Shown: positions 1 to 9,545, counted from the first letter of the stretch. The stretch is 64,000 nucleotides of DNA from Desulfobia sp. (GCA_046497465.1 JAWOFO010000043.1:14966-78965); one strand, 5' to 3'. The notes: generated by a model not told the origin, from the sequence alone. Program-made: numbers and translations.

Positions 1-221
1 TCTGCCCCATACTCCCTGATAAGACGCCGCGCCTCATCCATGCCCCGTTCAAGAAAAGGGAAGAAAAGTATTTCCGAACCAATGTGACCTCCGTAACGAA
101 AAATTTTATCTATCGAGGATGTAGTGAAACCGGGATAACGACGCTCTTTCTCCTCATTTTCAATATAGGTGACAAGGTCTGCCGGCGTGCAGATCAAGGT
201 CGGGCTTGTCACGAGGGCCAT
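1..221 (-). CDS. hypothetical protein; the C-terminus lies beyond the window edge and only the first 73 codons are visible
   Basis: The minus-strand frame is open from ATG at 221-219 to position 1 (MALVTSPTLICTPADLVTYIENEEKERRYPGF...). The start overlaps the TGA of the upstream 209-859 ORF by 13 nt, which looks operon-like. No family recognised. Confidence 0.35.
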   Translation of the reverse strand, partial: MALVTSPTLICTPADLVTYIENEEKERRYPGFTTSSIDKIFRYGGHIGSEILFFPFLERGMDEARRLIREYGA

Positions 222-859
222 TCCGCCTTAACCCGGGTTATTATCTTTTCAATAAGAGGCAGTTTATCCGGAGGACAGACACCTATAAGAAGATCACCCC
301 GTTCAACCGTGACTCCGGGTTTAAAATAAACGGAATGAATAAGTCCTGGTGCACCTGTATAATATATCGGAGTATCCCTTTTCATCAGAGACATGGTAAA
401 TATCTCATCTCCCTCCTTAACAGATACGGAACGCTGTCCGAATTTCTCAATACGGGACTGTATATCAAGGGCAAAAAAGTACTTAGCTCGTTCCGGGGCC
501 CTGAAAAGAATAAGGACATTACGGAGAATCAGTTCAATAATCTCCATTTTTTTCAAAGGATGGCGGATGGTAATTATTTTTTCCCCGGCCTCGATAAACC
601 GACCTTCCAGTTCCCGGGCAACAAAGGAAACCACCCCGCTTGAAGGCGATAAAATAGGCTTGACATTACGTTCCCTGACAATATCACCCAGATGGGTCCC
701 TGGAATATGGTGCCATTTGCCGCTGAGTCCTTTGACCTCATTCCCCGGACTTACATGAAAATAAATCTCGCCGGTATGCTGGGAATAAAGATCAATATAA
801 CCGTAAGGATCATCCCGGTATCTGCTGAGAATTTTTTCGTAATCTATAGATTCAGACAT
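209..859 (-). CDS. biotin/lipoyl-attachment (BCCP-like) protein
   Basis: 216 aa. The C-terminal half resembles a biotinyl domain (GDEIFTMSLMKRDTPIYY...GDLLIGV, with SLMK where BCCP has EAMK). It lies directly downstream of the carboxyltransferase and biotin carboxylase genes on the same strand. Confidence 0.6.
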   Translation of the reverse strand: MSESIDYEKILSRYRDDPYGYIDLYSQHTGEIYFHVSPGNEVKGLSGKWHHIPGTHLGDIVRERNVKPILSPSSGVVSFVARELEGRFIEAGEKIITIRHPLKKMEIIELILRNVLILFRAPERAKYFFALDIQSRIEKFGQRSVSVKEGDEIFTMSLMKRDTPIYYTGAPGLIHSVYFKPGVTVERGDLLIGVCPPDKLPLIEKIITRVKAEWPS

Positions 860-875
860 ATTATGAATTATGTGA

Positions 876-3137
876 TTACCTGTAATATAAACTGGACCCG
901 CCCATAGTCATGAGGGCTTTATGGAGATTTACCCGAAACTCCCTTCTGTCCCAGATTCCATGGATATGGCCTCTTCTCAGGGCATTTCTGACACTGTGAT
1001 AATCAGGAGGTATATCCTCTCCAGTGGTATCCCTGATGACGCGGGGGCCGGCAAAACCTATCCTGCTTGACCGGATGGCAAACTGGTAGTGGGAACATCC
1101 AAGAAAACTGGCCACCGGTCCGGCATAAGAATTATTATCATAAACCACAATGTAGAGTCCGCCGGAATCCACATATTCCCTTACAGCCATAGTACATTTC
1201 GGCATCTGTACCACGCCGATGGTTCCTTCCTGGATACGGATACCACCGGTGGAATGGACATAGGCCAGCAGGGGCCGCCGTTTCAACATGGCCAGATCAC
1301 AGGCCCGGACAAACTTTTCACCTTCTGCCGATCCTACAGTACCGTTACGGAAATCACTGTAGAGAATAGCTACCACCAGCTCAATTCCCATAACCTTGGC
1401 CTCAAAGGTAATTATAGCGCTGTTGCGGCGGGTCCTTTCCTTGGCCTCCTGCAACCTCTTTTCAAAACCGGGTGATTGCAGAGGATTGCCCGAGGTAATT
1501 TCCCGGTTAAACTCACACACCGATCCCTGATCGAACAGGTGGGAAATATACCAGTGATATTCCAACGGAAAATGATGTCCGCAGTTTTCACAGACCCCGC
1601 AGAACTCTCCGTAAAGATCCGGTACCCACAGGTCGAGGCAGCCGTATTTTTCCGCTCTGGGACAGGTTATAGTGCGGTCTTCATTGGCCAGAGGACTGGT
1701 ATAAGTTTCTCCCAGTTCAGTTACCGCACTCCGGGAAATACTGTTACTGACAACAGGTTTTACCTCATCGCCTTTATCTTCACCTATACGGGCCAGAAAA
1801 TCATAAGCAGAAACCAGGGCACCGGAAATATGCTTCCAAAGCATTGACCCTTCTCCGGAGACATCCCTGATCACATGTCTGACCTGTTTCTGCTTACTGC
1901 GGAATAAATCATACCTCAGATTATAGTAAAAACTGTGAACTCCCTTCTGAAATCTCCGCCATTTAAGCTCCAGAGGGGACAGCTCTCCTCCGAAACCGGC
2001 AGTGGCAAGTTTACGGTATCTCTGGGAGCGAAGCTGAACTATTCTTTTAATTTCTCTCCGGTTGAGCTCCCAAGATAACTGCATCCTCTGCTCGTCAGCA
2101 CTCTCTTCCTCGTGTTTCCTCAATTTAACCGCATAAACCCGGAAAACCCGAAAGCTTTTGGCACTCAAAACTACTTCATCAGTGGCCCGGATCATCTCGA
2201 ACCTGAGCTTTTTAAAAAAGGCAAAATCATCCCGCCGGGCTCCCAGAACCGGCTCTTCTATGATCCGGTCGATATTGCCCAGTTCCAGATTATCCCGGGC
2301 AGTTATCTTCAGCCTGGCAGCACAGTCCTCAACAAGACCCCTTGGTATTTTATTACCTTCCCTGATCTTGCCTTCAATCGCTGCCGCTCCCTCAGGTGAA
2401 ATGACTGAATAGTAGCCGTGAGAAAACATCAAGCGGTAATCAGACAGGCCTATTGCTTCAGCCCCTCCTGATCCTCCCTCGGAGATCACCGAGATAATAG
2501 GGACTTTAAGTTTGGTCATGGTATAAAGATTGGCGGCAATCTGCTGAGCCGCCCCGGGATATTCTTCTATCGGAAAAGAACCAGGTGTAAATATATAGGA
2601 ATGGATTGGAATACCCTCGGTCTGGGCAACCTGCATAAAATGAAGGGCCTTGGCATTTCCCCAGGGTTTACTGGAACCGCCGTTACGATATTCTTCGCCA
2701 TGGCCTTTTTCATGTCCTATGACCATAACCTGCTGGGTATAGGAGCGATCCTTGACCCTTCTAATAATTGTGGCCTTGGCACAGACCATGGACGGATCAA
2801 TATTGGCTTCTTCCTCTCCCCCCAGTTCAGTATAATCCTCATAAACATTTTCCAGAATATCCTGGAGACTGAAACGAAGAGGACTACGTACAATGCTGAC
2901 CCTTTCCATGGGAGTCAGACTCTCTTCACAGCGTTGTTCAAGAAAACTTATACCATCTTCCAGGGTCCTTACTTCCTGTCTCAACTTCCTTTTGGAGAAG
3001 TCATACAGGCTATTATAGATATATCTCTGTTTATCCTGGAGCTGAACGAGGTTACCCCATTGCAGATCACCCTTGATCTGAATCAGATAATCGATCCGTT
3101 CTGCAGCTCTCAAAAGTCTTTTTCGTATATCTTCCAT
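876..3137 (-). CDS. acetyl-CoA-carboxylase-type carboxyltransferase; single polypeptide with an AccA-like N-terminal part and an AccD-like C-terminal part
   Basis: 753 aa. AccA-like block: VMVIGHEKGH...FIFTPGSFP...VISEGGSGGAEAIG...SVISPEGAAAIE. AccD-like block includes a Cys4 zinc ribbon (CPRAEKYGC...CENCGHHF) and GGIRIQEG. Confidence 0.8.
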   Translation of the reverse strand: MEDIRKRLLRAAERIDYLIQIKGDLQWGNLVQLQDKQRYIYNSLYDFSKRKLRQEVRTLEDGISFLEQRCEESLTPMERVSIVRSPLRFSLQDILENVYEDYTELGGEEEANIDPSMVCAKATIIRRVKDRSYTQQVMVIGHEKGHGEEYRNGGSSKPWGNAKALHFMQVAQTEGIPIHSYIFTPGSFPIEEYPGAAQQIAANLYTMTKLKVPIISVISEGGSGGAEAIGLSDYRLMFSHGYYSVISPEGAAAIEGKIREGNKIPRGLVEDCAARLKITARDNLELGNIDRIIEEPVLGARRDDFAFFKKLRFEMIRATDEVVLSAKSFRVFRVYAVKLRKHEEESADEQRMQLSWELNRREIKRIVQLRSQRYRKLATAGFGGELSPLELKWRRFQKGVHSFYYNLRYDLFRSKQKQVRHVIRDVSGEGSMLWKHISGALVSAYDFLARIGEDKGDEVKPVVSNSISRSAVTELGETYTSPLANEDRTITCPRAEKYGCLDLWVPDLYGEFCGVCENCGHHFPLEYHWYISHLFDQGSVCEFNREITSGNPLQSPGFEKRLQEAKERTRRNSAIITFEAKVMGIELVVAILYSDFRNGTVGSAEGEKFVRACDLAMLKRRPLLAYVHSTGGIRIQEGTIGVVQMPKCTMAVREYVDSGGLYIVVYDNNSYAGPVASFLGCSHYQFAIRSSRIGFAGPRVIRDTTGEDIPPDYHSVRNALRRGHIHGIWDRREFRVNLHKALMTMGGSSLYYR

Positions 3138-4555
3138 TAGAAAGTGAGCAGGTTGTCAATATTTTTCCGAAGGTAATCGATATTGGTCTGGATAGGCTCC
3201 CCTGCTCCGTTACTACCCATTATTTCTATCTCTGCTAAAAACTGGCGGCCCCTTTCCTTAGCACGATCCATAGATTCTCCCCAGACCACAACCAGTGCCA
3301 GGTTGGGATCATAGTCACTGGGTACCAGGTAAGGGCGGTCACAGGGTACATGGGTGTAAACTGCAGCCCAGTCAGCATCGGGAAAAGAAAAGCAGGAAAT
3401 AGTCCCTATCCAGGGGACAAAACCCTTATCAGGATTTTCCGCCACAATACGAAACTCTATGCTGGCACCGCGGAAATCTATGTGCTTTTGACTGTAACCA
3501 AGCTTATCTCCCAGAGCAAGTCTTATCTGCTCCTGTATCAGATTGGGCTGCCTGTTGTTGATATAACTTATCCTGGCGGAGACATCATTTTCCACTTGGA
3601 TTCTGGTGTTAACCTCGAGCAGATAGGGTTGGCCGTCACGACTGACAATCCACTCCCAGGTTCCCAGACTATCGTATTGCACATAATCAGCCAATTTCAG
3701 AGAATAGGCAATAATCTTCTCCAGTACCCGCTTGGCATCAAAGTCATAAGAAAAACAACTGCTGTCAAAACCGGGAGCCACTTCCAGCCTCTTCTGTCTT
3801 CCAGTACTCTGAATAGTACAGTTTCTGGTGCCGAAATGGACCCTTTCTCCGTGCTTGCTGCAGACCATTTGGACCTCGATATGATTGTAATCTCTAAGGC
3901 ACTGTTCAATAAGAACCCCGCCATCCCCAAACTGACGCTTGGCATAATTGGTTATCCGGCGGTAGGTCCGCCGGAACTGTTCAAGCTGAAAGACCTCTTC
4001 AATACCCATACCTCCGCCGCCGGCAGCAGCCTTGACAAGGATCGACGGCCTGTTTATTCCCTGATTGCGCTGAGCAGTCACCAGGCTATTAGCTATGACT
4101 TCGGCATCGAGTTCGTTGTAGATAGGTTCAGATGTTCCGGGAATAGTAGGTATATCCAACTGTTCGGCAATCTTTTTAGTATTGATTTTATCACCCAGGT
4201 CCTTGATAACTTCCCATTTAGGTCCAATAAAAGTTAAAGATCGATTTCTTGTGGTTACCCGTCTGGCAAACCTATAGTCTTCGGAAAAAAAACCGTAACC
4301 CGGATGAATTGCTGTACAGCCGGTATAATCTGCCACTGCGAGCAGATCATTAGGATCGGTGTAGCTGGCGACTTTCCATGCCTTTTTCTCTTCCCCTTCT
4401 TCATGTAGATAAGGATAGACATGTTCAGACTCTTTATCACCTTCGGTGTATATTACCACATAATCCAGACCCAATTGCCGACAGGCTCCGGCAATACGGA
4501 TGGATATCTCCCCCCGGTTGGCAATCAGGATCTTCTGTTTACGCTTTAAAACCAT
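3137..4555 (-). CDS. accC: biotin carboxylase
   Basis: 472 aa with ATP-grasp biotin carboxylase motifs (KILIANRGEISIRI, AAGGGGMGI, LEVNTRIQVE). Its stop overlaps the start of the carboxyltransferase gene. Confidence 0.9.
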   Translation of the reverse strand: MVLKRKQKILIANRGEISIRIAGACRQLGLDYVVIYTEGDKESEHVYPYLHEEGEEKKAWKVASYTDPNDLLAVADYTGCTAIHPGYGFFSEDYRFARRVTTRNRSLTFIGPKWEVIKDLGDKINTKKIAEQLDIPTIPGTSEPIYNELDAEVIANSLVTAQRNQGINRPSILVKAAAGGGGMGIEEVFQLEQFRRTYRRITNYAKRQFGDGGVLIEQCLRDYNHIEVQMVCSKHGERVHFGTRNCTIQSTGRQKRLEVAPGFDSSCFSYDFDAKRVLEKIIAYSLKLADYVQYDSLGTWEWIVSRDGQPYLLEVNTRIQVENDVSARISYINNRQPNLIQEQIRLALGDKLGYSQKHIDFRGASIEFRIVAENPDKGFVPWIGTISCFSFPDADWAAVYTHVPCDRPYLVPSDYDPNLALVVVWGESMDRAKERGRQFLAEIEIMGSNGAGEPIQTNIDYLRKNIDNLLTF

Positions 4556-4754
4556 GTACTTGTCCTGTTTATCGTTTCATCCGCTCGTAACAAGGATTTA
4601 TAAGTCATTTACCTTAACACCCCCAACTATGTTCTGCGGCACAGCTTCTTCAACTTGCTTAAACATTCATGATTTTCCGGCAGGTTAAACCCATGTCGGC
4701 AATATGTCCACCCGAAGTGCCGCTGTAATGTCAGCACTTGTCTATTCTTACAAA

Positions 4755-4784
4755 CTCAACCTTTCGACTTGAGAAAACTATTAT
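4755..4784 (-). mobile_element. family-A repeat; left fragment of a short copy split by insertion of the 4785-5067 copy
   Basis: CTCAACCTTTCGACTTGAGAAAACTATTAT matches the first 30 nt of the intact short copy at 16751 (CTCAACTTTCCGGCTTGAGAAAACTATTAC). Confidence 0.8.
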
Positions 4785-5067
4785 CTCAACTTTCCGACTT
4801 AATTTATCTATATGATACGACGTGAAAATTTCCCGTCAAACAGTGGAGTTTAGCGGTTGATATGTCTGTTCAGGAACATTGTGCAGTGTTTGTTAGTGGC
4901 TTTTGGCGAAGCGAAACGTTAAAAATTTCAACTGCCTGAGCGAGGCACGAGCGAATTTTGAAATTTTAGTGAAGCGAGCCTTAGAGCCACTCAAACACGA
5001 AGCCGTTCCTGAATGGACATGCCAACCTCATAAAATCCTGCTGTTTTTTTTAAGCCGGAAAGCTGAG
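4785..5067 (+). mobile_element. family-A MITE-like palindromic element, full-length copy A1 (283 bp); + means the long arm comes first
   Basis: Imperfect terminal inverted repeats CTCAACTTTCCGACTTAA / TTAAGCCGGAAAGCTGAG. Internal inverted repeat GTCTGTTCAGGAAC / GTTCCTGAATGGAC flanks a palindromic core of about 127 nt. Near-identical copies lie at 7349, 36041 and 62877. CTATTAT occurs on both flanks (4778-4784 and 5068-5074). Confidence 0.9.
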
Positions 5068-5090
5068 CTATTATGATTTCAGCTATCAAC
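5068..5090 (-). mobile_element. family-A repeat; right fragment of the disrupted short copy (degenerate beyond about 5082)
   Basis: CTATTATGATTTCAG continues the arm sequence ...AAACTATTA(T/C)GATTTCAGACGG seen at 16776-16793, 42108-42127 and 62897-62916. Confidence 0.6.
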
Positions 5091-5632
5091 CATTAATTAT
5101 CGTGGCATTCCACCCTACTGTATTGCACCCGGCCTTATAAAACCAGGTCAAACTGAACAATGGTCTTATAACAGAATGGTTTTGTAAGTAAAGCCGAAAT
5201 TTGCCAAAACAAGCCTTAAAAAACAACCAACTGCTTCAACTCCATTTAAAAAACTTCAGGCAGTCAAAATTGTTCCCGGTATGAATCAAAAAATGGTCAT
5301 TGATCCTGTCGACTTTATTGACTTATTATGCCACTTATTCTATGATACATAAAACCGTCAGGCTCCAAAATCGTCCATTTTCTGTCATGAATCTTTACAA
5401 GGCCATGGAACCCCCAAAAAGACAGCCCGCCTTTCTTAATCAAAATCCTTGTCTTTCCCGCGACCCGGCAGATTTCTCCTTGAATTCACTAATGACTGGT
5501 CACGAGAATTTCGGGATTGTCCCTTCTTACTGATATATCTGACAGCAAAACAGAAAAAATAAAATAATTCCCATATAACAGATTGATTCTATAAACAAAA
5601 GTTAAACTTTTTATGACCTCTTGCCTCATTAA

Positions 5633-7168
5633 ATGACCTTAACAGCCCCTTTTTTATCAGCCTTGCTCCTCTATCTCTCCTCTCCCGGGCCAGGATACTA
5701 TTTATGCGCCTGGTTCGCCCTCGTTCCTCTTTTCTGGATGTGCCAACAAACAGAACCTGTTAAAAGTTCACTGCTCGGCTTTCTGAGTGGTTTTTTTTAT
5801 TACACTTTAATGCTCCGATGGGTAACCATATCTCTGGAAAATTACGGTCATCTGCCCTGGTGGATTTCCTGGCCGGCCATGCTTCTTCTTGCCGCTTATA
5901 TGGGTCTTTACCTTGCTATTTTCTGCTGGATAATCAGCTGCTGGCTTAAAAGGTACACGCTAATCTGGGTAGCCCCTGTTATCTGGATATCCCTTGACTT
6001 TCTTCGTGGTTTTATGTTCAGCGGTTTTCCCTGGCAGGACCTGGGATACAGCCAATACTCAAATCCCCTGCTTATTCAGGTTGCTGACCTGGTAGGGTAT
6101 TACGGGGTAACTTTCCTCATTGTCCTGGTCAATACCGTCATTTTCTCCCTGCTTGCCGGCTTTGCCCCTTTTTTCAATATAGACAGCCTGAGGAGCAACC
6201 ACACTTACCCTTTTCGCCAATCAGCCCTGGCTCTTATGCTGATCAGCTCCGCCCTGGTTTATTCCTTTCACCAAAACAATCATTATCTATCAGTTGGAAA
6301 ACAGTCCGGAATAACAACTGCTATAATTCAAGGCAGTATAGACCAGGAAAAAAAGTGGCGCAGCGGTACCGCCTGTAAGACAATAGATAAATATATTGAC
6401 CTGAGCCGGCAGGCTGCGGAAAAAAGCGGCCTGGATCTCATGATCTGGCCTGAAACAGCAATTCCTTTCCTGTATCCCGAAAATTTTCTAATGAAAAAGG
6501 TTATCAGAGAGACCGTGAATAAAGGGGCTTACTCCCTGCTTACCGGAATTCCTTCCTATACGAATAATGGCGGTAAAATCAATTACTACAACTCTGCCCT
6601 TCTAATAAGATCCGGCCTCCAACTCTCCTTTTATCACAAACAACACCTGGTCCCCTTCGGGGAATATATCCCCTTTAAAGAGAAACTTAAGCTGCCCGGT
6701 CCACTGGTACAATCAATCGGCAACTTCAGTGCAGGGGAAAGCTCTGCCCCGCTGCCGGCCGGCCAGGCCAAGCTGGGAATAATGATCTGTTTTGAATCTA
6801 TTTTTCCGGAACTTGCCAGAAAGGAAGTCGCCAGCGGTGCGGACCTTTTGATTAATATCACCAATGACGCCTGGTTCGGCTATTCAGGTGCCCCTGTTCA
6901 ACATATGGCCATGGCGGTTTTCCGGGCCGTGGAAAACCGCCGCAGTCTGGCCCGGGCAGCCAATACCGGCATAAGCTGTTTCATCTCTCCTGCCGGGCAC
7001 ATAAAACAGAAGACCCCCCTTTTTAAACCTCTTTTTATCAGAACTGAACTTCCACTCCTGCAAAAGAGGACTGTTTACAACCTTTACGGCTACCTATTTC
7101 CGCTTATCTGCCTTGTCTTGTCCGGAATCATTCTCTTTTTCCTGGCAACCAACAGGGTGCACAGATAA
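5633..7168 (+). CDS. lnt: apolipoprotein N-acyltransferase
   Basis: 511 aa. Polytopic N-terminal membrane part plus a C-terminal CN-hydrolase domain (IWPETA, KLGIMICFESIFPE, NITNDAWFG). Confidence 0.9.
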   Translation: MTLTAPFLSALLLYLSSPGPGYYLCAWFALVPLFWMCQQTEPVKSSLLGFLSGFFYYTLMLRWVTISLENYGHLPWWISWPAMLLLAAYMGLYLAIFCWIISCWLKRYTLIWVAPVIWISLDFLRGFMFSGFPWQDLGYSQYSNPLLIQVADLVGYYGVTFLIVLVNTVIFSLLAGFAPFFNIDSLRSNHTYPFRQSALALMLISSALVYSFHQNNHYLSVGKQSGITTAIIQGSIDQEKKWRSGTACKTIDKYIDLSRQAAEKSGLDLMIWPETAIPFLYPENFLMKKVIRETVNKGAYSLLTGIPSYTNNGGKINYYNSALLIRSGLQLSFYHKQHLVPFGEYIPFKEKLKLPGPLVQSIGNFSAGESSAPLPAGQAKLGIMICFESIFPELARKEVASGADLLINITNDAWFGYSGAPVQHMAMAVFRAVENRRSLARAANTGISCFISPAGHIKQKTPLFKPLFIRTELPLLQKRTVYNLYGYLFPLICLVLSGIILFFLATNRVHR

Positions 7169-7348
7169 AGTTCAACGTTCAGATTATGGGCTATACCAGA
7201 TATCCGGGGTTAAAAAATTTTCTGATAATAACTGTAACAACTTTTACCGGTTTAACTGCCCTAATTTGTTTTTTTGGCCATTGCGTCTTTACTGCTATGG
7301 TTTTATATTATAATTAATTAAATCGACTTGAATTTTACAAAATAATAA

Positions 7349-7631
7349 CTCAACTTTCCTACTTAAGAAAAATAGCAGGATTTCATGAGGTTGGCATGTC
7401 TATTCAGGAACGGCTTCGTGTTTAAGTGGCTCTAAGGCTCGCTTCACTAAAATTTCAAAACTCGCTCGTACCTCGCTCAGACAGTTGAAATTTTTAACGT
7501 TTCGCTTCGCCAAAAGCCACTAACAAACACTGCACAATGTTCCTGAATAGACATATCCACCGCTAAATACCACTGTCTGACGGGAGATTTTCACGTTATA
7601 TCATATAAATAAATTAAGTCGGAAAGTTGAG
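7349..7631 (-). mobile_element. family-A element, full-length copy A2 (283 bp, inverted relative to A1)
   Basis: Its reverse complement aligns end to end with 4785-5067 and 36041-36323. It sits between the lnt stop and the prfB start. Flanked by TAATAA on both sides (7343-7348 and 7632-7637). Confidence 0.9.
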
Positions 7632-7699
7632 TAATAACTCTTTAACAGGAAATTATCCATAAATTCCAAAACTCACTTTTTAATGATTGAGGGAAAAAC

Positions 7700-8795
7700 A
7701 TGTCAGCAGAGCTTAAACAAAAAATTCAGGATATCCGGGATAGGCTGCTAGCCCTGAAGGAGCATCTTTGAATTATCTGATAAAGAAGAAAAACTGAAAA
7801 GGCTTGAAGCTGCCACCAGGCAACCCGGTTTCTGGAATAAGATTGATGAAGCGAAAAAGATCAATCAGGAGATCAGCAGGATCAAGGAAACCTTAGAGAA
7901 CTGGAACTCATTTCACAGCCATCTGGAAGACAGCGAGACCCTCCTGGAACTTGCTCTGGAAGAAGACGACCCAAATACCGTCAAAGAGGCTGAGACAGCC
8001 ATCAATAACCTGGAAAAACAGCTATCTTCTTTTGAGTTGAACTGTATGTTCACCGGCGAGCATGATGCCAATAATGCCATCCTGGCGATCAACGCCGGCG
8101 CTGGCGGGACCGAGGCTCAGGACTGGGTGGAAATACTGATGCGAATGTATCTCCGCTGGTCTGAAAACAAAGGGTTTAAGACGGATATACTCGATTATCT
8201 CCCCGGTGACGAGGCAGGTATAAAAGGAGTAACCATAATGGTCAAAGGGCATAATGGCTACGGACACCTGCGCTCAGAAATCGGTATTCATCGTTTGGTG
8301 CGTATTTCACCTTTTGATGCGGGAGGCCGCCGTCACACCTCATTCGCTTCTGTTTTCGTTTTCCCGGAACTGGACGATAGTATAAAAGTTGATATAAATG
8401 AGAAAGACTTGCGTATAGATACTTACAGGGCAAGCGGCGCTGGAGGCCAGCATGTCAACAAGACAAGTTCAGCCATCCGTATTACTCATATCCCTACCAA
8501 CATCGTAGTGCAATGCCAGAATGAACGTTCCCAGCACAGGAATAAAGACATGGCCCTGAAAATGTTAAAGGCCAGACTTTATGAAAAAGAACGGGAGGTC
8601 CAGCAGGAACAGCACCAGGAGCTTAAAGGTGAAAAAAAAAATATAGCCTGGGGGAGTCAGATCAGATCTTATATAATGCAGCCCTATCAGCTCATTAAGG
8701 ACCACCGCACCAACTTTGAAACAGGCAAAGTGGATCATGTCCTCAATGGGGATCTTGATCCTTTTATTAAAGAGTACCTGCTCTGGCAGAGCTGA
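7700..8795 (+). CDS. prfB: peptide chain release factor 2, requiring a programmed +1 frameshift at 7766-7771
   Basis: Frame 0 reads ATG 7700 ... AAG GAG CAT CTT TGA (stop at 7769-7771). The +1 frame from GAA 7770 (ELSDKEEKLKRLEAATRQPGFWN...) is in frame with track ORF 8037-8795, which carries the RF2 SPF and GGQ motifs (VRISPFDA, GAGGQHVNKT). Confidence 0.92.
7757..7772 (+). promoter_or_regulatory. prfB +1 frameshift site: internal SD-like AAGGAG, 3-nt spacer, slippery CTT, in-frame TGA
   Basis: AAGGAG CAT CTT TGA A has the same geometry as the E. coli prfB site AGGGGG TAT CTT TGA C. Confidence 0.85.
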
Positions 8796-8846
8796 ATATG
8801 AATTACAAAGTTAGCTGTCCTTTTCACCAGGGACTGTAGAGACTTA

Positions 8847-8939
8847 TTCAACTTTCCGGATTGATTTATCTGTATGATATAACGTGTATATTTTTAGTGA
8901 GGCAGGGGTATTTGACGGTTGGTATGTTTATTCAGGAAC
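8847..8939 (+). mobile_element. family-A repeat, half element (one arm only, ending exactly at the TTCAGGAAC motif)
   Basis: TTCAACTTTCCGGATTGATTTATCTGTATGATATAACGTG...GACGGTTGGTATGTTTATTCAGGAAC is the reverse complement of the right arm of the copy at 42088-42234. Confidence 0.8.
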
Positions 8940-8964
8940 AGCGACTTAATAAATCCCTTTGCTG

Positions 8965-9528
8965 TTACTTATTTCTTGGTGGCAGGTCATCCTCCATGGA
9001 CTCGAGCTGGTTCTTGAGCTCGCAGGTAAAACCCTTGCTCAGGCCCCGGCATTTTTCAGGCTTGAAACCGTGAACGCGGTACTCCTCAAAATTCTGAAGC
9101 CAACTCTCCCCCGCCCGCGGGCACTCCTGGACAAAGGCCATAAAATCGGTAAGACTGTCCAGGGTAGCCTCGCCTAGTGTATGCTCCATTTTACAGGCCT
9201 CTTCATCCGCCACCTGGCTGTCAATTTTTAAGATGTCCGTCAAAAATCGAAATAGGATCCCATGCCGCCGCCGCATTTCCCGGCCCACATTAGAACCCTC
9301 GCGAGTCAACTCCACATATTCATACTTTTCATAGTGGACCAGTCCTCTTTTGCTCAATGTTTTAAGCATGCTCGTCACTGTGGGCATCTTAACATCAAGC
9401 CGCCCGGCGATATCCTTGACCCTAACCACCTTTTTCTCTTTATCAAGATCGAAAATGGCCTCCAGATAATCTTCCATTACTGGAGTCAAAGGTTTTTCTC
9501 CGTTATCCTGTGCTTTCGGGGCGGTCAA
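8965..9528 (-). CDS. DtxR/MntR-family metal-dependent transcriptional regulator
   Basis: 187 aa with an N-terminal wHTH and a DtxR-type core (TPVMEDYLEAIFDL, VRVKDIAGRLDVKMPTVTSMLKTL, ELTREG). The longest frame starts with TTG at 9528. An alternative start is ATG at 9480. Confidence 0.8.
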   Translation of the reverse strand: MTAPKAQDNGEKPLTPVMEDYLEAIFDLDKEKKVVRVKDIAGRLDVKMPTVTSMLKTLSKRGLVHYEKYEYVELTREGSNVGREMRRRHGILFRFLTDILKIDSQVADEEACKMEHTLGEATLDSLTDFMAFVQECPRAGESWLQNFEEYRVHGFKPEKCRGLSKGFTCELKNQLESMEDDLPPRNK

Positions 9529-9545
9529 TTTTGTCTTGTTTCATT

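Noticed and set aside
3350-4237. 295-aa plus-strand ORF
   Set aside because: It lies entirely antisense to accC, whose minus-strand product has unmistakable biotin carboxylase motifs. It is a shadow ORF with odd composition.
5300-5533. 77-aa ORF in the 1-kb accC-lnt intergenic region
   Set aside because: It has no RBS, starts with TTG, and has no recognisable motif. I leave the region as non-coding, possibly promoter or sRNA, but I cannot support a call.
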